Source: a virus
Taxonomy: Duplodnaviria > Caudoviricetes
Length of the DNA stretch: 35,406 bases
Virus record (IMG/VR): IMGVR_UViG_3300043394_000757
Span: 1-35,406 of that record
Strand: one strand, 5' to 3'
Position 1 is the first letter of the stretch; the number at the start of each line of letters is the position of its first letter. Shown here in pieces: positions 28,124 through 35,406 of the stretch. The translations under genes were made by a program, and so were the position numbers. Under the pieces are notes generated by a model that worked only from the letters and a program-made list of their open reading frames with translations, ran no database searches and was not told the origin of the DNA.

Positions 28124-30286
28124 ATGAATATAAATATTAAGGAAATATTTAAAAGTGACCTTGACCCAAATAGTACAGCTTGGTGGTCCAAAGACAAAAT
28201 AGATAAAATTAACTTTAATTTTAATCAATTTTTAAATGGAGGAATGCCAGGTCCACAGGGATTTAAAGGAGCTGACGGAGACCATGGTTATAGTGGAGCC
28301 CAAGGTTATCAAGGATTTATGGGAGCCCAAGGTTATCAGGGTGCACAAGGACCTGCAGCACCATCAGAATGGATAATGCATATTCCAGATGATAATGCAA
28401 TTCCTGCATACCTATTTCCAAAGGTGAATCAAACACCTGGATATATTGAACAAATGCCAGCTGTATTAAAAACAGGATATATTGACCCATTAAATGAGTC
28501 GCCTGAGGATTTTAATGGTTCTGTTAAAACAGTGTATTCGAACCCAATTGTCGGTGGTTCAGGCTCTCAAAGAATGATTGGACTTAGATTACAACATGCA
28601 ACAAAGGCTGCCGATTTTAGAATCGGATTAGTTTCAGGTAATTTAGATATGGAGATTGGTAGGGTTGTCACAGGTGACCCTGAGTTTCATTATTTACAAA
28701 TTGCTGATGAAATTATATATGAGATATTGGGTGCATCATATTTAAAGATTACATCAAATACGATACGCTTTGGAGGAAATGTTAGTACAAACTTTATAAT
28801 ACCTGAAGCGTTTTCTCATGATGAGTTTAGATTTACGCCAGATGCACAGTTTGAAAAGATATTAGTTGCAGAAGGAACGAATGGTAAAGTTAAATGGATT
28901 GATAAAAAAGAAATCTTCGGAAGTTTTCCAATAGGTTCTATAATCTCTATTAGAGAGGATGATTTTAATTCAACAAATTTTGTGTTAAATGAAACAATAT
29001 CTCAGGTAGGTCCACCTTATGGTGAGCTTCAAGTTGTTTACGGTAGAGGTAAAGTTGGAACTGAATATGAAGGTTGGTATTTATGTAATGGACAAACTTG
29101 GAAAGTTGCGAATGGTGTAAATGAATTTGCAACTCCTAATTTAAATTCATTTAATTACACGATTGCTTCAAATGGAGGTGGTCAAAACTTAATAAATAAT
29201 GGAGGAGATAACACATCAATAATTATCGGTGGTGGAAATATTGAGATGAATGGAACACAGGATGGAAGTGGAACATATCAATTAGATATGACTATTGAGA
29301 GTGCAGATGTTTCATTCCAAGGAGGTACAAGTTCAACAGATACGTATGCGAGCCGAATGGTTCATATTGTATTTCTAGAAAATACAAATCTATATTGGTC
29401 AGATTCAACATCAACTCCACCTGCGCCAACAACCACTGACATTATGTTAACAAATGCAAGACCTACTGAATTAGATGCTTGTATTAAACCGCCTATATAT
29501 CAATATACATGGACTGGCTCTAGTACCAACGAGTGGAATACATTTAATCATATTACTACCACGTATTATTTGTATAATTATGGAACAACCACATTCGCAG
29601 CCCCAGGTTGGTATAAAAATACAGGTGGAACTGCAAGATATTGGAATGGTTCTGTATTTACTGCAGTGGGAATATGCTCAGGTACTATTGGAAATACTGT
29701 TAATTTATTTTTTGGTCCTTCTGTTTTCGATTTAAATGGAAATTTACCACTAATTGGTACTGATTATGAAATAGACACATTAACATTTGATTTAGCAACA
29801 CAATTATATATTGCAGGTACTACTAATCTTGCATCAATTGGATGGTACAGAGATACAACTACTGGAATCAGAAGATATTGGAATGGTTCTGCCTTTGTAG
29901 GGGTAACATTCACGGAAGATTGGATTATTCAAGTTCCTCAGGTAGCATATACAACACAATTTGCACCTAGTAGTTGTACTATAGCAAATACAATGAGAAC
30001 AACGTATATTGAAATGACAGATTTACAATTTTCTTCAATTGGATATCCAATGGGAATTGAGGAAGTCGTAGGATTTTTCTTATATGTACATGTTAATTGG
30101 GCCGCAGGTAGCGCAGGTACATTACCATTGACAAATGTAATTTCACAAAATGCACCTGGAACGAGCTTAAAATATAGAAGCGCGTTCAATAATTTTATTA
30201 TTGATAATGGTCTTATGTTAATCGGAAAAACATGGGGTAATATTGACCAGCTTTCCGGTGAACTTGATTCCACAGGATGGTGTTAA
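28124..30286 (+). CDS. Tail fibre protein 1: anchor, collagen-like repeat, tail-collar domain, variable C-terminus (720 aa)
   Basis: KIDKINFNFNQ anchor; 13 G-X-Y triplets; collar motifs FPIGSII, GWYLCNGQ, TPNL; Thr/Gly/Trp-rich C-terminus. Confidence 0.75.
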   Translation: MNINIKEIFKSDLDPNSTAWWSKDKIDKINFNFNQFLNGGMPGPQGFKGADGDHGYSGAQGYQGFMGAQGYQGAQGPAAPSEWIMHIPDDNAIPAYLFPKVNQTPGYIEQMPAVLKTGYIDPLNESPEDFNGSVKTVYSNPIVGGSGSQRMIGLRLQHATKAADFRIGLVSGNLDMEIGRVVTGDPEFHYLQIADEIIYEILGASYLKITSNTIRFGGNVSTNFIIPEAFSHDEFRFTPDAQFEKILVAEGTNGKVKWIDKKEIFGSFPIGSIISIREDDFNSTNFVLNETISQVGPPYGELQVVYGRGKVGTEYEGWYLCNGQTWKVANGVNEFATPNLNSFNYTIASNGGGQNLINNGGDNTSIIIGGGNIEMNGTQDGSGTYQLDMTIESADVSFQGGTSSTDTYASRMVHIVFLENTNLYWSDSTSTPPAPTTTDIMLTNARPTELDACIKPPIYQYTWTGSSTNEWNTFNHITTTYYLYNYGTTTFAAPGWYKNTGGTARYWNGSVFTAVGICSGTIGNTVNLFFGPSVFDLNGNLPLIGTDYEIDTLTFDLATQLYIAGTTNLASIGWYRDTTTGIRRYWNGSAFVGVTFTEDWIIQVPQVAYTTQFAPSSCTIANTMRTTYIEMTDLQFSSIGYPMGIEEVVGFFLYVHVNWAAGSAGTLPLTNVISQNAPGTSLKYRSAFNNFIIDNGLMLIGKTWGNIDQLSGELDSTGWC
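28241..28357 (+). repeat. Collagen-like (G-X-Y)13 coding repeat
   Basis: GMP GPQ GFK GAD GDH GYS GAQ GYQ GFM GAQ GYQ GAQ GPA; includes direct repeat ggagcccaaggttatca at 28295-28311 and 28322-28338. Confidence 0.9.
29635..29891 (+). repeat. 20-bp perfect direct repeat marking a ~79-aa internal duplication
   Basis: aagatattggaatggttctg at 29635-29654 and 29872-29891, 237 nt apart and in frame, encoding RYWNGS. Confidence 0.85.
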
Positions 30287-30296
30287 AAAAATGAAT

Positions 30297-30304
30297 ATAT
30301 ATAA
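30297..30304 (+). promoter_or_regulatory. Candidate late-promoter core ATATATAA
   Basis: Exact core in a 38-nt gap, 20 nt before the ATG at 30325. Confidence 0.5.
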
Positions 30305-30324
30305 AATAAATTAAGATATAAAGA

Positions 30325-32763
30325 ATGGCAATCAATTTAAAACAGATTAGTATTTCTGATAGTGATAACATTAAATTGGACAAGGTTAACTATAACTTTG
30401 ACCAGTTAGTTGCCAATGGTGGAGGTCCTCAAGGTCCTCAAGGTCCTAAAGGTGATATGGGATTTCAGGGAGTTATGGGTCCTCAAGGTCACCAAGGTGC
30501 TATGGGATTTCAAGGAGATGTTGGAGCCCCGGGACCAGTTACAGAATCATATTGGACTAGAGTTGCCGGTGATAATGCATCATTAACAACAGATACGTTA
30601 TTTCCGGAACCAAATGTGGGAGCTCAAAATCCACCTGTAATTAGTATTGGATTTTTATCAACTGACCCTGAATATGGAACTCACCAAAATCTATCAGCAG
30701 GCCAATCACCATATCAATGGATTATAAATAGAAAGAACCATTTTTTCTCTAACTTAAGATTTAAGAGTGGAGATGTAATCGACAACTGGGTTGACTTTAT
30801 TTTAAGCTACGATCAAGTAGCTGGAAAAACTACATTTAGAACTCAGTTTAAAGAATTAGGATCTGCAATGCCAACCAGATTTATTTGGTCAGCGGACAAT
30901 CATATTTTTAGAAGTAACGTAACTGGACAGGACATTCTGTCTATTAATTCAAATAATGCTAACTTTACCGAGGAAGTACATTTTGATTCAAAGGTTACAA
31001 TCAATACTGAATTATATATTGAAAACGCAAATGCAGATTTAGATAAGATTGCAACCTCAGTCGATAACACTGGATTGGTTACATTTAAGAGTATTGCTGA
31101 ATTAGGAGGTACTGTACCATATGGAACTATTATCTCTGTATTACCAGATGTATTTACAGATAATACAAGATTTGTTAATAGCCAAACTATAAATTTAAAT
31201 CAATTACCAAACACAATTGATGATGCACTAAAAATTAGAATCGGTGCTGGTATTGGAGATTATGCTGGATGGTATGTTTGTAATGGTAAAGTTTGGATTG
31301 GAGATATTAACCAATCACAACATTTAGTACCTGATTTAAATTCTTTTTCATATACAATTGCTGAAAATCCAATGTCTATAGACCCAAATAGTCAAGGTAC
31401 TGCTAGTGAAACTAATGGTGATATAAATATTATTGGAGGTGCGGATATTGTAATGAATGCTACGACTCCGGTCGCTGGTATTTATGGAATTGGATCTAAT
31501 GTCGACACAACTGACGTTGATATTAATACAACACTTGGAACTACATTTAAGATTAAAAAATTACCTCAAATAATTTATTTAGGTGAAACTGATTTATATT
31601 GGAAAGATAAAGGAACTGGACAGGCTCCAGCAACTACATTAAATTTTGAATTAGTCGATGCTAATACAGGCCCTAATGGTCTAGGAACCGTTTCATTAGG
31701 ATCTGCAACATATACACAAGGAGGCTCATATTTACATCAAGTGTATGTAAATGCACCGAATGGATATTATTGGTCAACATCTCCGGCGGCATTAACATTT
31801 CCTGGATATATAGATGGGATTACACAAACATTATCACCAGGTACTTATCCTACCACAATTACATTAAATATTAGTGTGGATATTCAACCTGCTAATGGTA
31901 CAACTGCAATTATAGGTATTGATACAACTTCATTAGTAACATTAATTCCAAATAGTACACAAATTTATCCTACGCAGGTATCATATCCTTCGTTAGATGC
32001 AATTTCCAATGGATATGTATATGAAACATATGATTTAGGAACTGATCCAAATTCAGTAGGTACTTTAATACCTTCAGGTAGTGTTACTGCACCAACTGGA
32101 AGTATTAGATATATTAAATATAGATTAAAGGCGGACAACTACTTCTATAAATGGAATTCTCCTTCTCTTTCATCATTCTCATTCAATAGTATTGCAGGTA
32201 TTGGAGCTGGACAAATAACTGAACATTCAGTAACTGATGTAAATGGAGATGGAAAAACTATCGACTACATTGTTAAAGATAATAATTTTGGTGTTGGTAA
32301 TCCAGGTGGAAGTAATCAATTATATGCATTTATTCAAGCAGGCGCCGGAGTATATACTGATGTTGTTAACTCATCTGGTAGCGGTTCTCCGGCATTAAGT
32401 TTTAACTTTAATAGCTCAGGATCGAGTTCACCGTTATCCTTAAGTGGTTCTGGATTAATAAAAGTAAGATCCGGAGTTAGTGTTATTGTTAGACTTAAAG
32501 TTTCTTCAAACACGTATATTTCAGGAGGTTCAGGATCTGTTTCAGTCAATGGAACAAACTTATCTGCCAATTTCCCATATATGACAACAACACAGGCTTT
32601 TGCATATTCTAGTAACACTGCAGTACCATTAGACAATACTGTGTTAACATTCTCAGGAAATCCTACAATCAATACTGGAGCTGGTGGAACATTTGGTTCA
32701 GCCTCAATGGAATTAGAATATTCTAATGATGGAGGATCTACTTGGAAATCTTGCGGATCATAA
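30325..32763 (+). CDS. Tail fibre protein 2, paralog of fibre 1 (812 aa)
   Basis: KLDKVNYNFDQ anchor; 13 G-X-Y triplets; collar motifs VPYGTII, GWYVCNGK, VPDL; Ser/Gly/Thr-rich beta C-terminus. Confidence 0.75.
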   Translation: MAINLKQISISDSDNIKLDKVNYNFDQLVANGGGPQGPQGPKGDMGFQGVMGPQGHQGAMGFQGDVGAPGPVTESYWTRVAGDNASLTTDTLFPEPNVGAQNPPVISIGFLSTDPEYGTHQNLSAGQSPYQWIINRKNHFFSNLRFKSGDVIDNWVDFILSYDQVAGKTTFRTQFKELGSAMPTRFIWSADNHIFRSNVTGQDILSINSNNANFTEEVHFDSKVTINTELYIENANADLDKIATSVDNTGLVTFKSIAELGGTVPYGTIISVLPDVFTDNTRFVNSQTINLNQLPNTIDDALKIRIGAGIGDYAGWYVCNGKVWIGDINQSQHLVPDLNSFSYTIAENPMSIDPNSQGTASETNGDINIIGGADIVMNATTPVAGIYGIGSNVDTTDVDINTTLGTTFKIKKLPQIIYLGETDLYWKDKGTGQAPATTLNFELVDANTGPNGLGTVSLGSATYTQGGSYLHQVYVNAPNGYYWSTSPAALTFPGYIDGITQTLSPGTYPTTITLNISVDIQPANGTTAIIGIDTTSLVTLIPNSTQIYPTQVSYPSLDAISNGYVYETYDLGTDPNSVGTLIPSGSVTAPTGSIRYIKYRLKADNYFYKWNSPSLSSFSFNSIAGIGAGQITEHSVTDVNGDGKTIDYIVKDNNFGVGNPGGSNQLYAFIQAGAGVYTDVVNSSGSGSPALSFNFNSSGSSSPLSLSGSGLIKVRSGVSVIVRLKVSSNTYISGGSGSVSVNGTNLSANFPYMTTTQAFAYSSNTAVPLDNTVLTFSGNPTINTGAGGTFGSASMELEYSNDGGSTWKSCGS
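30424..30540 (+). repeat. Collagen-like (G-X-Y)13 coding repeat
   Basis: GPQ GPQ GPK GDM GFQ GVM GPQ GHQ GAM GFQ GDV GAP GPV; starts with tandem ggtcctcaa units. Confidence 0.9.
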
Positions 32764-32774
32764 ATTTTTAAACA

Positions 32775-33581
32775 ATGATAGATTATAAAAAATACATACC
32801 ATCAAAAAATACCCTGATTTTCATCGGGGTATTGGTGTTTTTGTTGATATTCCTTCAGCAATGTAACTCAAACTCAAAATTAAAAAGAGAATTAGAGAAT
32901 ACAAAAAAGATTTCGGAAAGAACATTTAATAATTACAAAGCAAGCTTAGATACGCTTAGAATTGTAAGAGGCCAAAATGGACAGTTGATTGCAGAAAGAC
33001 TTTCATATGTTTATGATATTAATTCATTGACTGATGAGAATAAAAAGCAAATTGAACAATATAAAGAAGCCCTTGATTTAAATAAAAAACTTAAAGGCGT
33101 TAATTCACTGTTAAGCGCTCAGTTAAAAATCAAAGAGCAAATCATTAATTCTAAGAACGATGTTGTAAAGGTAAACGATTCAATTTACAAGATAAATTTT
33201 AGTGATTCAAAAAACTGGGATAAATATAATTGGAGACAGTTTAATGCATCGTTAGATATTAAATCAAGTAAGAATGATTTAAGTGTAATTGGTTCAGATT
33301 TTAACTGGAAACAAGGAGTACAACTTAAAGCGGCAGTGTTAGAAGAGAATGGAATAAATACTTTAAGAATAACTTCAAGCTATCCAGGTCTTGAATTTAC
33401 TGACATTGAAAACATAAGTTTAGTTAACGATAAATTAAATCAAAAGCCAGTTAAAAAGACAGGTTGGTCTGTAGGAATTGGAGCAGGGTTTGGATTAAAT
33501 CTTACACCAAATCAAGTTATTACAGTTGGACCTCAAATTGGTATTGGACTTTATTGGTCTCCAAAATGGCTTAGATTTTAA
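32775..33581 (+). CDS. Membrane-anchored coiled-coil protein, spanin-like candidate (268 aa)
   Basis: N-terminal hydrophobic helix LIFIGVLVFLLIFL then Cys30, coiled coils, and a C-terminal Gly-rich amphipathic beta hairpin ending in Phe. Confidence 0.5.
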   Translation: MIDYKKYIPSKNTLIFIGVLVFLLIFLQQCNSNSKLKRELENTKKISERTFNNYKASLDTLRIVRGQNGQLIAERLSYVYDINSLTDENKKQIEQYKEALDLNKKLKGVNSLLSAQLKIKEQIINSKNDVVKVNDSIYKINFSDSKNWDKYNWRQFNASLDIKSSKNDLSVIGSDFNWKQGVQLKAAVLEENGINTLRITSSYPGLEFTDIENISLVNDKLNQKPVKKTGWSVGIGAGFGLNLTPNQVITVGPQIGIGLYWSPKWLRF

Positions 33582-33595
33582 AAAATTATAAAGAA

Positions 33596-35406
33596 ATGGC
33601 GAAATCATCTAGATTCATAAGAATAGACGAAGATGTATTATTAGAATTCATCTATCATGACCAATCAAACCCGAATGAGGTAAAGATTGAAAATGATAAT
33701 AATGGAAGTCAACTTAAGTATTTAAATACAGTTGATGGTGATGATAATGCTTCTAGATTTTTGATTCATGAACTTGGAGCAGATGTTGTTGAATTCACAG
33801 TTACTACTTCAAACGGTTATGTGGTAATCAACGGGTTTGCCAGCAGACAATTATTACTTAAGAATGGAAAAACATATAAGTTCGACTTAAGTGACCCTAG
33901 CATTAATAATATAGCTGGATTTAATATACCTAATGGTAATGGATATGTGTCTGGCCAAAACTACATATATACACCTACAACTAATGGAGCATATTCTTAT
34001 GAATACTCTAATTTAGCTGGAGTTGCTTTTATTGGTGGACAAATTGAAGTTTCGGATCGAGCAAGTTCTCTTTTTTCAGTTCCAGCAGCAGAAACCGGAA
34101 ATGACATTAAAACTGCACCAGGACAATCTGGAAGATGGTATGCGGTACCTACTTCTATCAATGGACAAATGGCCCTATTGGATAATTCATTAGCCTACTT
34201 AGATTCTAATGAGTGGAATGGTACTGATTCAAATAACCTTACGATTATTCCATCATCCACTGTAAACGCTGTTTGGTACGACACAATAAGACTGCATTTA
34301 AGAACCGGATATTCATTTAATGGTAGAGGTTATGATGGATTCTTATTCCAAACAAAGATTAAAAGAAACTCTGGAGTTTATAACTACTTTAACTCAACAG
34401 TATATTTAAACTCTTCTAATTTTGAGATTCAAAATCCAAATCCATTTATCTTAGGAGCTACTTCATACTCAAAATATATTGAGATTAAAGTTCCATCTCT
34501 TGTAAATATGTATGACCCTACAAAGAACCTTGAATTTGAGGAAACTTTCTTTGGGACTACAGGTTCTCAGGATGCAATTAACCCAACAATTAACTATGAA
34601 TTGGACTTTAAATTAATTAGTTCCGTAGTTACAATTGGACAATATCAATATATTAATTTAGTTGAAGGTAAATCATTAGTACTTGGACAAGAGGATGAGT
34701 ATGTAGATTTAGCTGTAAATATTCAGCATGCGAATGATGGAGACTACTTTGAAATCTTTGGAACTAAAGATGGTTCACAATCAGGTTTTGAAAGTTATAT
34801 CAATAGTAGAATGCAAACTTCAGGAGATGATTTAACGATTTTCTATGAGGTACAAGTGGCTGAACAACTTGGTCTTAATTATATTAATACGTTCTCAAAT
34901 ACATTTACACAAACAAGCCAATTTGATGAGGCAATTGTATTTAGACCAGTAATTTTAAACTCATCAATTACCAGTAACTTCTTAATTACGGTAAATATGA
35001 GAATCTATAATGAGACTGACAATACTCAAATTTTAAAGGTTGCTTCTTTAATTTACAATCAACCTAAAAAGTATGGTAAAAAATTATTGAAGTTAAATAT
35101 TAACTCAAGTTTTTCCCCAACAATTGTGTATAATACATTACCAAATACAGAGGTTAACAGAGAAATTAATTCATTTGTAAATTCGCTAAGACCTAATGTT
35201 GCTGAAACTAAATATGTTCCAGTTGCAATTGATACTTATGGAATTGTGGCAGCAAATTCTAATTTAACTATTGATAGTACTGAAGTTACTTCAAATGGAC
35301 AATTACAATACAAAGTAGAAGGAGAAAGCTCAATCATACTTTCAAAGGTTTCAGATAATTTTGTTAAATTTAAAATAGCAAAACAGGGAGAAGATGTTTT
35401 AAATGC
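33596..35406 (+). CDS. Large structural protein, 3'-truncated by the window end (over 600 aa; absent from the ORF track)
   Basis: ATG at 33596; my translation starts MAKSSRFIRIDEDVLLEFIYHDQ and the same frame reads SKVSDNFVKFKIAKQGEDVLN at the window end; no stop seen in the parts read, consistent with its omission from a stop-delimited track. Confidence 0.8.
   Translation, partial: MAKSSRFIRIDEDVLLEFIYHDQSNPNEVKIENDNNGSQLKYLNTVDGDDNASRFLIHELGADVVEFTVTTSNGYVVINGFASRQLLLKNGKTYKFDLSDPSINNIAGFNIPNGNGYVSGQNYIYTPTTNGAYSYEYSNLAGVAFIGGQIEVSDRASSLFSVPAAETGNDIKTAPGQSGRWYAVPTSINGQMALLDNSLAYLDSNEWNGTDSNNLTIIPSSTVNAVWYDTIRLHLRTGYSFNGRGYDGFLFQTKIKRNSGVYNYFNSTVYLNSSNFEIQNPNPFILGATSYSKYIEIKVPSLVNMYDPTKNLEFEETFFGTTGSQDAINPTINYELDFKLISSVVTIGQYQYINLVEGKSLVLGQEDEYVDLAVNIQHANDGDYFEIFGTKDGSQSGFESYINSRMQTSGDDLTIFYEVQVAEQLGLNYINTFSNTFTQTSQFDEAIVFRPVILNSSITSNFLITVNMRIYNETDNTQILKVASLIYNQPKKYGKKLLKLNINSSFSPTIVYNTLPNTEVNREINSFVNSLRPNVAETKYVPVAIDTYGIVAANSNLTIDSTEVTSNGQLQYKVEGESSIILSKVSDNFVKFKIAKQGEDVLN

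Noticed and set aside
222-32672. Short 60-113 aa ORFs on the minus strand and in alternative + frames
   Set aside because: All lie within or largely overlap long + strand genes and show no recognisable motifs; treated as shadow ORFs
28124-32763. Diversity-generating retroelement or invertase shufflon acting on the fibre genes
   Set aside because: No reverse transcriptase or recombinase, no ~100-bp adenine-variant repeat pair, and no inverted cassettes seen
62-35406. Stop-codon reassignment, as seen in some large Bacteroidota phages
   Set aside because: Standard code gives near-complete coding density; TAG ends genes at 5814 and 7773 followed by ordinary intergenic signals
1-35406. tRNA, rRNA, CRISPR arrays, introns or inteins
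   Set aside because: Largest intergenic gap is under 100 nt; no repeat-spacer arrays, interrupted genes or intein motifs noticed by eye

Overview
AT-rich (roughly 30% GC by eye), gene-dense segment with all genes on the + strand. It is the virion morphogenesis region of a large T4-like myophage, probably a jumbo phage with a Bacteroidota host (inferred from SD-less A/T-rich leaders and the S1 N-terminus). Gene order: tube-cap-like protein, gp53/LysM-like wedge, hub, tube-initiator-like protein, gp5-like spike, unknown 643 aa protein, a non-structural-looking trio (four-domain ribosomal protein S1 homolog, a protein with a T4-type capsid-targeting-like N-terminus, a COOH-NH2 amidoligase with a repeat tail), neck gp13-like, gp25, gp6, small ORF, gp7-like, several very large structural proteins, two paralogous collagen/tail-collar fibre proteins, a spanin-like membrane protein, and a large ORF running off the window end. 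The most interesting signal is in the short intergenic gaps. A recurring (G)ATATATAA motif, a candidate phage late promoter, sits in the 5' arm or loop of inverted repeats whose 3' arm covers the translation start region of the next gene (27-56, 5818-5840, 9937-10002, 23652-23709). With the phage-encoded S1 this suggests a coupled transcription/translation timing system. Protein calls come from motif recognition and synteny only; no database search was run.
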